A stretch of 64,000 nt of DNA from contig MU054001.1 in assembly GCA_013239625.1 (NCBI GenBank), positions 6,497,078 to 6,561,077 on the forward strand, read 5' to 3'. Each line of letters opens with the position of its first letter. Positions within the stretch are counted from its first letter, which is position 1. A program made the translations under genes and the position numbers. This DNA is from Lama guanicoe (Eukaryota). The notes under the pieces were generated by a model. It worked only from the letters and a program-made list of their open reading frames with translations. It made no database searches and had not been told where the DNA came from. Positions 26,598-39,160 of the stretch are shown here, one piece after another.

Positions 26598-27992
26598 CAA
26601 AGATTCTCAAAGTGTGGTTCAAAGTATGGATCCTGGGAGGCTGGGAGAAGTTTTCCTTTAGCTGTATCAGGGGGTCCACAAGATCAAAACTATTTCATAG
26701 GAACACTAAGATATTATTTGCCTTTTTCACAGTGTTAACATTTGCTCTGATGGTAAAAACCAATGACATAAAAAGCTGCTTGCCATTCAGCACAAATCAA
26801 AGCACGAAACTTTATTAACACTTACTGTATTCTTTACCACTATACACTGAAATAAAGAAGAAGGAGGAAGGAAGTAAGAATAGTTTCATTTAAGAATGTT
26901 TATGATGAAACAGCAAAAATTAATAATTTTATTAAATCTCAACCCTTGAGAACACACTTTTTAATACTCTATCAGGAAATAATATGTATGCATAAAACAC
27001 TTCCATGCAGAGTGTGGTGGTGGTCTTGATTAAAAACACTGGTGTGATTGAGTTGCAAGCTGAACTAACTTTTTTTTTTAATGTAGTATCAATTTCACCA
27101 TTTTTTGCTTGAAAGAACTGATAGACAAACTATGGTTGTTCAGACTTGGAGATTTGGTAGATATTTTCTCTAAAATGAACAGAGTGAACCTGACACTTCA
27201 AGAAAACAACGAATAGAAAAGTGCCAATGATAAAATTTGTACTTTCAAGCAAAAATTGGAATTTTGGAAAACTTTTATCTGGTACTATGAGGTGACAGCT
27301 CTTCAGTATCTAAAGACTTTTTTTTATGAGATTGGTGATGATACTAACAAATGTGAACTTTTTTTTAATACTATGTAATAAAATGTTTTAACATTTGGAA
27401 GATCTACATAACTCATGAACCAATGTCTTCTAAATATTTGATGTTTGATTTTACAAAGTCATGCATCAGTTAAACACCCCTTTCAAAGTGCAAAATAGAC
27501 TACTGGATTTTAATTAAGAGAATAGGAAAAGTTCATTGATACAGCTTTAGATTCTTCATTTCAACTAATCTTTAAGAAATGATCACTTACTGAGTTGTGG
27601 TGGGGCAGGGAGGAACATCAGAGTTATCTGAAAAGCCTGTTAAAATACCTCTTCCAACTATATGCTTTCATATTTGCCACCAAAGCAACAGATTAAATAC
27701 AAAAACAGTATGAAAATTCAAATTTTCTCTACTAGGCCAGATATTGCCATTCTTCTCATAGAATGTTTTTGCTTTGGAACAGTTATTTTTCATAAAAATG
27801 TTAGTTATGTTTATATGTAATGTATTTATGATTATTTTTCCCTTAAATATTTACATATTTCTTGGTCTTAATTTCAAGTTAATAACCATAGAAATAATAC
27901 CCATAGGTTTAACCCACGTAAACAAAGCTTGTTGGGGTCCTGACTTTTAAAAGGAGTACAAAGGATTCTTGAGACTAGTTTGAGAACTACTC
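26598..27992 (+). mobile_element. Charlie1a-type hAT DNA transposon
   Basis: ttctcaaagtgtgg...caggggtccacaagatcaaaactatttcata...gccttttcacagtgttaacatttgctctgatggt; ends tttgagaactact; about 1.4 kb. Confidence 0.8.
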
Positions 27993-28934
27993 TGCAGAGA
28001 TTAACTTAAAATTTTTAATTACATATAATCATTGAATCAGTCATTTCCATTTTAAGAATTCATAGTATAATCTCACAAAGACAAGATATTATGTGTGCAG
28101 TTATTCATTGTTGAATTATTTGGATTACCAAAAGATGGGAAACAACTCAGTGTTTGCATCAACAGAGATTTGGCTATATTGAGATTAAACCCATAAAACT
28201 TAATGCTATATTATATAAGGCAGATGTAAGTTTATCAACGTGGAATGTTCTCAGATATATTAAATCAAAAAGTCTAGGTTCCAAAAAGTGTGTAGTGTAC
28301 ACTACCCTTTGTGCAAAATTATATATATTATATGTACATGCAAAGACTATGTAGTGAAGGATACACAAGAAAACGTGCTGCAGTGTTTGCCACTATGAAA
28401 GGGAGCTGGGGAGAATAGGAGGAAGACTTTCGAAAAAGCTGAATACCTCTTGAACAGTCCTAAAAAATACAAAAACAGGTGTACCTGTTCCTCCCCAAAT
28501 TCTAATATCTTAAAAATTATTTCTCAGTCTTTTCACCAAAAGTACATGTCTAATTACTCATTAGAAGTTAAGCCAGGTTAAAAATCCAAAGCTAACTGAA
28601 CTGATCCTGGTTCTTCCTTCTTACCATTATATCAAAATCTCCATACAGTCTCATGGAGTGGCAAGATGTTCACCGAAAACAGTTGTTTTATGTAGGAGTG
28701 GTTGTTCCACTGCCATAATGAGTTACCCTGCCCAAAAGACACAAAAATTTGCAAAAGATGACCTGCAGTCAGTCTCAAGAGGCTGGAGCAAGATACAAAC
28801 TGAGTCCTAAATGAATAGTGGAATTTGATTAGCCAGAGAATTTTATTCTTAATGGAGGAGCATGATCAAGACAGAAGTAGGATATGTATAGCACCCCCTG
28901 GTGTCAATGGGAGACCAGCGTAAGTGCCTTAGAG

Positions 28935-29123
28935 CAGTGGTTCCCACATTCTACCATGCATCTGAATCAGCCAGAGGGCTTATGAAAATATCGATTGCTG
29001 AGCCCCAACCTCAGAAGTTCTGATTCATTAGATCAGGGCAGGAGCATAAGAACTGACATTTCTAACGAGTTCCCAGGTGATGCTGAGGCTCTGGGACAAG
29101 GAACCACACTTTAAGAATCACTG
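28935..29123. mobile_element. MER5A hAT MITE
   Basis: TIRs cagtggttc / gaatcactg; 189 bp; degenerate 8-bp TSD ccttagag / cattaaag. Confidence 0.85.
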
Positions 29124-29929
29124 CATTAAAGAAATGGTGGTTTACAAAGTTGAATAGTAACTTGGTGCCAGAATAATGAGTTGTATTTTGTTTACACGAT
29201 ACAACAGGTCAATTAATTTCAGAGACTGAGACTGAAAATGTCCTGAATGTTTAAGAGGAAACATAATATAAATGTGACCCTTTTTTATGTGTATCTTCCT
29301 CTTTCTCCTCTGCTTAATTTAAAAAGGAAAAATTATTATACCAAAATTCATTACAATCCATTATGAAAACAACTTTATTTTAGTGTTCTTTTGGTTTTAA
29401 AATTAAAAATTTTCAGAAAATACATGTGAATCATTAAATCTATCTCATTAAAATTATCTATTTTAGAGAATTTCATTTGAAATTTGGCAAAGGTTAACAT
29501 CAGATGGAAATTTACATGCGTTCAGCGTGCCCTTCAATCTCTAGCGGTCTGCCATTCCAGTGTTCAAATTTCACACCACAGTTCATAAAATAAGTTAATC
29601 AAAATGTCATTCCTTCTGTTACATTTTCTGTTAAGCCTTTGAGAGGGAATTTTAGCCTTCAAAAACACTTGAGGTATGTAATATAAGTGAAGTCCTGAGG
29701 AGAAGGCAGTCCAGAGTTAGTCATTCCTGGGACTTCTTTAAGGAATGTGTGCAAAGTTCAAACTGGTACCTCCATCAGCGTGGACTTTCCTCATAGTCAC
29801 ATTTTTCAGAGAATTTGATTACTAGTTTCTAATAACTAGTAATAAGCTTATTTTTATGAAACTACTTTCTTCCCTAGACATAATAGCTTATTAAAAAGTA
29901 AAAGATTCCCATAGTGTGAGGTAGAAAAA

Positions 29930-30385
29930 GAAATGCACGTTGTAAAAGACAAAGAAAGCCTATGGAAATATTCTAGGTTAAAGGAGGCTAAAAATAACAA
30001 CTAAAGATGCAGTTCCTACCCTTAGACTGGATCCTGTGTTAGAAGGGCAAAAATGCTATACATGACATTACTAGGTCAATGGACAAAATTGGAATATAGA
30101 TATAGTACAGTAGCTAACGGTGTCTTTGTGAATCGATGAATTGATAATTGTACTGTGGTTATATAAGAGAATATTCTTACTCCTAGGAAATACACACCCA
30201 AGTGTTTAAGGGTAAAAGGCCATAATGTATGTATAGTTCAAAAGAAAATTGATTTCACAGAGAACACAAATGATAAAATAAATGGGATAAAATGTTAATA
30301 GGCCAGTCTAGTTACAACATTTACAGGCATTCTTGTACTATTTTAAGTTTAAGTTATTTACAAATTAAAATTCTTTTTTAAACAT
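29930..30385 (+). mobile_element. L1MC-type 3'UTR fragment
   Basis: ccttagactggatcctg...ttgataattgtactgtggttatataagagaatattc...ctaggaaatacacac. Confidence 0.7.
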
Positions 30386-30959
30386 GCAAAAAAGTGAAAC
30401 ATGTAAGGTTTAAAAGTTGATTGCATTTAAGAGAGAGGAAGTTTCCTTTGGGCATTAATAAGTTGAACTCTCAGAAAGCTTTTCTGTCACTTCCCCTAAA
30501 TATCAAAAAAATAGCACTTAGAGTCAGTACAAGGAGCACATTCTCTGATAGAGTGTTAGATTTCTATGACCATATCTATAACAAATTGCTGGTAATTCCT
30601 ACTAAAAACATAATTATGATGTTATGTGATTTAGTTGTATGTTTAACAGGAGGTTATTTCCTAGTATTTAAATACCAGGCAAGTAATCGTCAAAATACTT
30701 GTGGGAAATAGGAAACTACTTAGAAGAAAGCGAAACTAGGAGAAAAGAAAAGTGTAAATCAGAATCTAATCTGAGTATTTTGCCATTGGGGTAGAAGTGA
30801 AGGACGGAGACTTAGTAATGTTCTTCTTGATTAGTCCCACCTTAATTGCAATAAGATGGTTTGGCTTTTAATGAAGTCTATGATATTACTAGAGCCAGTT
30901 TATAAATCACATTCTGCATTTAAATCTTCACTTGACTAGCTCTTATTTATTCTTTTTTA

Positions 30960-32390
30960 ACTATGATATCTGTTTATGCCTTTGGAAAGCTGTCTCCTTT
31001 CCAAATACTCCTGCCTGGAGTTGGATCTTTTGACGGGCTCTTTTTATATGGGAGTGTCCCTGTGTAGCTGACATGCATCTGATAAATTTGTTGCAAGGAC
31101 CGTTTTTAGTATGGATGGCCGCGACATCTTTCCTCCGTGTGTTCTGGCTGTTACCCCCTTCATAGTGGGTGTGATGGGTGTTGTGATGACCAGAGCCCGC
31201 ACTGGATGTTGAGCAGGGCCTCCTCTTTGCTCTGTGGTTGCCGCAGCCCTGTCGGGGGCCAGGTTGGCTCCCCTCTTGTTTGAGTAGAAGGCCCCGGATC
31301 CGTTTCTGAGCTGCTGTGTGAGGTGGGTGGGGCTGGAGTGCTTCCTCTGAGAGATGAGCCTCTGAGTACTCCCTGTAGGAGCTGTCCACTGGGAAGTGCA
31401 CAACACCTGCTACCGTTTGCGCAGGCTCACAAAGTACACTGTTGGTGCTGCCCTCGGCCCTGTATCAGCCATGGGAAGGCAGGCAGTCTGCCTGGGTGTC
31501 CCTCATGCGCTGTGCTCACAGACCACCAGGGCAGATCTGCTGAAGTTAGACACCACGACCCACTGTACTCGCACAAGGCTGCACACCTGGATCCACTGTG
31601 GGAGGCACGGAGTTCGCCCAGAGCCCAGACCCACCTCCACGTGAGTGCACCTACTGCTTAGGTCAGGTCTGCCCCAGCAGCGCACCAGTAATGCTCGGAT
31701 GCCTTGCAGGTGCTGAGTTTACAAAGGCACTAGCAGCATAAATCCACCAAAGCCGCCTGAGACCGGGCTTACATTTCAGCCCTGCCTCCGTCTGAGGGCA
31801 ACCTGCCAGTGTTTGCGTGCTCCCAGAGTTCTTAGAGACTGTGAGCTCACTGATAAGGAGGTTGCTATGGCTGGGTGCCGCCCCTCTCTTCACAGTGCAT
31901 GTTAACAGTGGGTCTTCTATGGCAGGGTCATGCCCCTGTGAGTATGCTCAGAGGCTGCTTTGGCTGGGTCCCATCCCTCCCTTCACTTGTTAACAATGGG
32001 GCTTTTGATGGCAGACCCAGCCTCCCTTGCACAAACTCCTGGTTTCGACCCATACCACATTCCAGCCCCTTCAGGCTATCTCCTTGCAGCCAATCCATGT
32101 CCTCTCCCCAGTTCTGTTCTCTGAAGCCCAAGTTTCAGCATGCAGCACCCCCACACATACCAATCCAACACACAGTAAAATTCCTGACTTACCAAACCAA
32201 GATGCAATTGTGCATCTCAGGTTGGAGAGTGCAGCAGGGTGGCATGGATCCTTTGTGCCAGTCTCTCCGTGTTCTGCTTGCCACAGACCAGTCGCTACAC
32301 TCTCCTCCAAACTTCTGAAGCTCCCTTTCTATCCCACCTGATCTCTGGTGAAGCCCACTGGTGAAGGGGCTTCCCAGGGTAAGAGAACCT
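30960..32390 (-). mobile_element. Isolated GC-rich L1 5'UTR fragment (cetartiodactyl type)
   Basis: Abrupt GC-rich block resembling cetartiodactyl L1 5'UTRs (gagtagaaggccccggatccgtttctgagctg; ggggcttcccaggg); accounts for the cluster of overlapping spurious ORFs. Confidence 0.6.
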
Positions 32391-33249
32391 TAAGGAAGGA
32401 CGTTTTTTTATTCTTAACCCTTATATATCCTTACAAGCAAAGGTATTCATTCGGGCACACGTTAAATGATAAATTAAACCATAGCAAATTAGTGATTAAA
32501 GCAACACAAATTTAGGGCCCAAAGTTATAAGCTACATGACCACTCCATTGTGAATGTCCCTGTATCCCTGCAGAGATTTAGCTCAAGGATATCAAAATCT
32601 GTAAACTCCATCAGGCAGGGAGCAGTAGATAGGAGGGAGCACTAGAGGAGATGACTCCAAGTTCCTCAGTAACCTCATCTTTAGAGGTCTTTGCAGAACA
32701 TTGTGCAGCTGTTTAAAAACCAGTCAGTTGGAAATTACATCTATATTCCCTTCATTTGCCTTTTTATTGTTAAAAATGTATTGTGCATTTTAGAAGCTAG
32801 GGTGCTGAGTTGAAGTTCGTTGTCACTTAAAAGTATTTGTAAAGATAAGTATGTGTAAAGACATTTAAAATAAGCCATGTAATAATGGGTTACTATTGAC
32901 ATGCTTGTTTTTCTCCTGGGGCAGCAGTGATAATTATGTAAATAAGTTAAAAGTCACATTTTTTTAATTGATGATTTTAACATTAAAGCCTGAAATGAGG
33001 TCTTCTTCCAACATTGGATAAATATTTAACCTCAGAAAAGTGAGCAATTTAAAACAAGACGCAGTCTGGTTAACAGGATAGCAAAGGCCAGAGTACTTTT
33101 TTAATTGAATTACATTCACTACAAAGCCATTAATCATATTCTTCAGTTTAGCTAGATTGATGCAGACTTTGAACAAATAGGAAATTTAACTCCCATACAA
33201 GAACATTACTCTGTGGCAGTTGATGAACTCTTGAAGTTTCTTTTGGCAG

Positions 33250-33344
33250 ATGGAGACGGACACATGGATCACTTACTGCCAGGCTGTGAAGATAAAAACT
33301 GCCAGAAGAGTACCATTTACTTATCAAGATCCAGAACAAAGCAG
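33250..33344 (+). CDS. ITFG1: ITFG1 coding exon (95 nt, phase 1 to 0; probably exon 9): (D)GDGHMDHLLPGCEDKNCQKSTIYLSRSRTKQ
   Basis: Acceptor tttcttttggcAG, donor GTatat; joins the previous exon to give the FG-GAP motif ADFDGDGHMD. Confidence 0.95.
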
Positions 33345-35587
33345 GTATATCTACTTGTTCTTTAATGTAATTAGATTTATGTTTCTGAAAAAAAAAATCT
33401 TCCAAGATTAGAAAAAGTATCTGAGGCATCAGAACAGAAAAAAACCCCAAATAAATTGACTTCCTCAATTTTAACTTACTGAAATGTATTTAAATTGTTT
33501 TTATGGGTTTACTGGGAGGAAAGTACTATTGTAATCACTTCTGGTAAAAAAGACCCATTCTTGATCTTGTAGTTAAGTGATGTGTTAGCCATTTACATGC
33601 TGGGAATATGGGAAAACACACTGTAACTATAATAAAGGATTATGTAGAAGAACATTGTATCTGTCTTCAAGGCTAGTCTTTAATAAAATCTGTTTTAATT
33701 TGTGATATCTAGATCTGCTTCATTCTCTCATGCTGACTTTTTCTCTGTAGCTTATAGTTAAACAGTTTAGAATCTGATTGTCACAGCAGAAGATTAATAT
33801 GGAAATGATAGGTTATGACATTGAGACTTTTTCCATATTGATAGCACCTGAAAGAAAACTAGTAATACAGTAGTAGAATTAAGCAGTTTTATTTTCTGTT
33901 TGAGGGTAATAAATGATGGCATAACCTTTTGATTTTTATAGCTCTTATGGTTAAAAAATACCACCTTTTATACTAAAATAATAAAGAAAACAAATATTCA
34001 TACAGTCAGCATTCTAGAAGCATTTAACTCATACACCCATAAGGTTTATTATCTTGGATTTTTTTTTCTAAGTTTTGAATCACTGAAAACATTAGGTCAA
34101 GTAACACCTCATTATTGGTTCACAGCTATAAAGTAAACCTAGTAATTATAGCCTGTCTTCAAGTGACAGACTGCTATAAGAATATTTTTAAATTATACAA
34201 TCATTTCTCTCTGGGAAGATAAATGTCACAGTTCTTTTTTGACTGTTAAGGATGTCATATTAATGAAAAATCTTTTTACTGCTTAGATCTTAATACATTT
34301 ACCTTAACAGAAATACTTTATACTCATTAATAAACTGTCAGTCTCTTCAGAAACCTAGCATTTTTTTGAAATTTCCCATCCTCTTCAAACCAAAACAGCT
34401 TTTTTCAGTCACATGAAACATCAAAACATTTTGATAATATACAATACTTTTTATTTTAAGAAATATTGACAAATTGAAGATGCAGATCAGTTTTTCAAAA
34501 CAGCTCATTTTCTGTAAATTTGTCTTTATGGTTAAGCTATTTTTTTTCTTTTTCCTTGGTAAATTATGCTTTCTGTGGATAACATAGAAAATATTTGGAA
34601 TACGCTGTGTACTAAAAACCCTTTTCAAGAAGCCATCTTTTTTTTATATAGTTTGACTTGGAGCCATATAAGTGAGTCACCTGCTTATTTGAAAAAAAAC
34701 ATCTGTAGGCATGTTTGGCCTCCTGCCGTTTCAAGCCAGCTGCACCTGCTTCTGTTTGGACATCTCCAGGTTATGTGCCAGAATCCATAGTCTTAGCTAA
34801 TTATGGGCACATCTATAATTTTAATGTGATGATTTCCACTCTTCAGATTTTTAGTTTGCATTAGGGTGTTAAAAGTAAAGATTTGAGCATTCAGAAGAGA
34901 AAAGGATTTCCAAAAGCTCATTTTGAAATCAACCTATTTTCTCTGTTCTCTTCATTATAATAAATATAGAAATAAAGAACTTACTTAAAGTATAGCTTCC
35001 TAGCTGTTTGGGTGACAAAGCTTTTTCTCCTAGGCAGGCAGAACTTGTCAGGGCTAGTATTATTTGGAAAGCCTCAGAGCTGCTTGGCTCTGAGAATCAT
35101 GGCTAAAGTCATCATAAGAGGCAAAGCAGGAGAACAAGGGAGAGTCTGTCATGTTCTGATTTTCCTTCCTAAGCTGGTCCTCCTAAAATGACATTAGTAT
35201 TAAGTGATATTACAGTTTGCTCTAATTTTTAAAATTACTCATTTGAAGTTAAATTTCCAATAAGCACAGATTTTAAAATGGACAGTTCACTTGTATGATT
35301 ATCAACATCAATTCTGTTCTAAGATTCTATTGATTCTGTGAAAACCTTCTAAGTCTCTATGTGCCAGTTCAAGGAAAGATGACTAGTGATGAATTTTAAA
35401 GGAGACTATTTATTCCAGAATGTTAGTTACCTATTTATCAAAGTAAATTATAATTCCCTACCATTTTGTAGAGATAAGAACTTAAGTCATGCTTTTGAGA
35501 ACTTTTCATGAGTCATTTGTTTTGCAAATGGTGGATTTCTTTTCTAAAATAACTATGAAATCTAATCTTTTTTCTCTTAATCCGTAG

Positions 35588-35760
35588 TGGGTTCCTGTCC
35601 TACAGGATTTCAGCAATAAGGGCACACTCTGGGGCTTTGTGCCATTTGTACATGAACAACGGCCAACTGAAATACCAATTCCAATTACCCTTCGTATTGG
35701 AGACTACAACATGGATGGCTATCCAGATGCTCTTGCCATACTGAAGAATACATCTGGAAG
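35588..35760 (+). CDS. ITFG1: ITFG1 coding exon (173 nt, phase 0 to 2; probably exon 10): WVPVLQDFSNKGTLWGFVPFVHEQRPTEIPIPITLRIGDYNMDGYPDALAILKNTSG+AG
   Basis: Acceptor tttttctcttaatccgtAG, donor GTatgg; FG-GAP motif GDYNMDGYPD; NTS sequon; open frame. Confidence 0.95.
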
Positions 35761-36029
35761 GTATGGAAATTAAGTCATATGATAAATATGCATAAAATAT
35801 CTTCACTGTGACACTTTGTTAGCTGAATAGCACCTCAAGATGGTACAATTCCTTAAATAATTTAAGAAACACAGTGAGCTCAGTTCCTGTTTTTCACATG
35901 GTCCCTGAATTTCTTCCAACTGCTTAGAATACCTGTTCCTTTTTGGTTCTCCAGAACGGTAAAAGTCTTGTTTTTGATTTAACAAAACTTGATCTGTGGA
36001 AGGTCAAAAATTTTATAAGCAAATGAACA

Positions 36030-36190
36030 GCTACATTTTGAGTCTGAAGACCACGATGAGTCTGAAGACTCCTCATCTGTAAAATGAGAGTAATAATTAT
36101 ACCTCTGTCATGGAGTTATAATGAAGATTAAATGAGATAAAAATAAACGAAGCAATTAGCAAGACACTTAGCACATGCTGACTTTATTAT
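36030..36190 (+). mobile_element. MIR SINE
   Basis: cctcatctgtaaaatgagagtaataatta...atgaagattaaatgagataa is the MIR core. Confidence 0.75.
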
Positions 36191-39019
36191 TTCAGTGTTG
36201 CCTTACTGTTTCTTGTTTTGTAGTGGTGTTGAGAATTCAGACATGGCTACTGATATTATTTGTAAATATAAAATTTTTGAGTATATTCATTGCATTATCA
36301 ATGATTTTGAATGCTACAACTGCTTTTTTTTCTTAAGTAGAGTGCCATAAGCTAAACCAATATATATAATTCACAATTAGCCTGAATTTTGGCAGATTTC
36401 ATAAATATGCCTCTTCCTAAATTTTAATGCCTTATGTTCTTCATATTATAGTTTATTATATTTCTTGGCCCTTTTCTTTCTTGCCTCCTGCATCATGTCT
36501 ACCCATAATTTTTCTTCTGAGCGTTAATTCATTTGTTGACTCTGGAATTAGTAATGACTCAGCTCAACATTTACTACCAACCTCATGATGCAATACAGCT
36601 TCCCTGGAAAAAACCCAGACTTTTGTTGATTTGAACATCAAATAATGTCCAGAAATGTGATTTTTAGAGAACCAAGCATTATTAGTGAGTGTCTCTAAAT
36701 ACGTATAGAAAATTATGAAGAGTCTATACTTAAACTTTCTTGAGGACCTTCATATGAATTGCAATCACTCTGAGTTGTGTTTACAGAATTTTTCAGGAAT
36801 ATGAGCATCACGATCCATGAGGCAGCATATATACCCTCATAACCCATGTGTGTGAAGCAGATCTGATGTAACCAAAGAAACCTCTGAGCTGAATGTGGTT
36901 TTCATTCCTTTTAAAGATATAGTGGCACATAAAAACAAAGAAATGTAAAAACTGCTTACTTTTGAACATTTACCTTATTCAAAAGAATAAGAAATTACAT
37001 CTTAAAGTCCTTTAAGTCCGTGATTACATATTCTTAGAAAAACATCCAGACTATTTTTGTCATAAAAGTTTTTTATCAACATTTTCTCCCTCCAACCATA
37101 AAATACTTAGCTTACCTTTACCATTCATTAATAATGATGCTGTCAACAGCTAATTCAACAGTGAACACTATGGCTCTATGGGAAATGTAAGGTAAAAGAT
37201 AGTCAGGCTCTTGAAACTTTTTTATAAAAGCAATGTTTAAAACCAAGGGTTTCTTTTTTGTTGCTTTGGGATAGATGAAAATTGAAGGATAGATAGATTT
37301 TAGTGCATTACAGCGTCAGTGTTCATTAAATCACTAGATGAGAAATGCCTGTGCTTCTAGGAGATCTCAGCATAGTACGTCCTTTGAAACACAGAAGAAG
37401 GAAAAAAAGACATAATGCGCATTATAATCCTTTCCTTCCTGAACTCGCTTTTGTTGAAAAAGCATTTTATAATTTTTAACTGATTTCAAGGCTGCTGTAT
37501 TGCTGAGAAGTAGCCCAGGGCTATGGCTTCTAATTTCAAAGGTTGCTACCTGAAGAATTCTGTCTCCATTCTTTCTGCAGGTTTTGAAAATCAGGTAGAG
37601 ATTAACTGTGCAGATGAGAATAAAATCCACAATATGTACTTCATGAAAAGAAGTTCTGAAATCATGGCTTGTTAACTTGTTTCGGTTTTTGTTTGTTTTC
37701 AGAAGACAGTTGCTGTTTGGGTTTCTGTTTGTTTTTTATTTTACACGAAAGGCCCAATTTGCCGAAAGTTAACCTTTAAAATCATGTTGCATGAAGAAAA
37801 ATCTCTATTAATGATGTTGTATAGAGGCAGTGAGTGACTCTGAACAAAAGAACATGGTCCGAGTTCAGTCATTTTAAATCTGTGCTACCACTGACTGAAA
37901 ACCATGGTTTTTTCTCCTTGGCTGTCCCATTGCCTCTCAGTTGCCCTGTTTACTGTCATCTTCTGTGTGTAATCATATTGTCTTAATTGTCTGAATTTTC
38001 ATTTCTTCGAAGGAAAAAAGGCAAACTTAAAATGACATTGTTCCAATAATGTGCTCTTAAGCTAACAGCAATTCTGTTTTTAGAATTTTTTAAATTCCAT
38101 GTATAAAGTAACTGAAAAGATTTTTTTATGCCCTAACCCTTTAGTATGGAATTGAATAACCTTTTTAAATGGAACTAAAAGATAAATTATAATAAAAAAA
38201 TTTATGTACTGTTTATGTAATTAAACTCTTATCCTTAGGGATTTCCAATCCCTATTATCTTTTGATTAGCCAGAGTTGTTAGAAAAACTAGTACACGAAA
38301 ATGAAAAGTTTAAATTTATTTTTGCCTAATATTTGGTATACTGGAAATTTTATTTTTTGCTCATATTAGAAGGAACATTCCCCTAAAAACTCCCCTAGAA
38401 ACATAATGTCATAGATAAAATTAAATCTTAATTTAAATTTAAAGCAACTATTAGGTTTCTGTAGGAAAATTTTATAAACCAAATTTAAATTAATATTCTA
38501 AACCATATTGAATCTTTTTTTAAAATTCAAGGATAACATAGATTGTAATTTGCTAAAACTACATATATACTTGTTTAACATTGATACTTTAGAAGTTGTG
38601 TCAAGGATTCATTTTGTGAAGCATGTACAGTGCATATTTATTCCTTATTTTAAGCATTTAACTGAAGATATAAGAGAGTGATTTTTAGTCTTTGTTTGCC
38701 TATTCCATATTACTTAATCAGAATGTTAATATATTTAAGAAAAGTTTTATTGTTATTAATAAATTGCAAGTCAGTGGATGAAACTGTATAACGAAACCTC
38801 AACTTCCAGAAGGTATTTATGGGAAATACAAATCTAAAAGTACTGGAAAAAGAAAATTTTTTTTAAACAAGAGGTTTTAGCAGCAAAGGAGATTCTGAGT
38901 TTCAGCCATGAGAACACCACAAATCTGTTAAATGGCAAGTAAATCAATAAGTGGCCAAATGCAATGTATTCCTTGTCAGTTAACGCCAAGAAGAAAATAG
39001 CTTTAGTTTGTTAAGTGAT

Positions 39020-39160
39020 CTTCATTACTTCACAGTAATTTTTTAAAGGGTGTTATCTTTACTTTGTAAATATAGAAATGGTCTCAGATAAGCCAGGCAA
39101 CTTGTGCAGGGTCACACAGTTGCAGTCAGGACTCTTAAGTTCACAGAATCCGAGTCTTCT
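39020..39160 (-). mobile_element. MIR fragment
   Basis: aacttgtgcagggtcacacagttgcagtcaggactc. Confidence 0.45.

Larger units (their letters stand above)
24450..28450 (+). mobile_element. Old L1M(E-like) 3' region split into pieces (about 24450-24675, 26480-26595, 27995-28450) by later insertions
   Basis: Collinear diverged L1 motifs: cattcagtaagtggtg, aattaaaaccacaatgaaatgcc, ttggtacaacctctctgg, tcatttccattttaagaatt. Confidence 0.55.

Noticed and set aside
30961..32341. Cluster of overlapping 60-147 aa ORFs on both strands
   Set aside because: GC-rich L1 5'UTR-like sequence is depleted of stop codons; there is no recognisable domain or consistent frame
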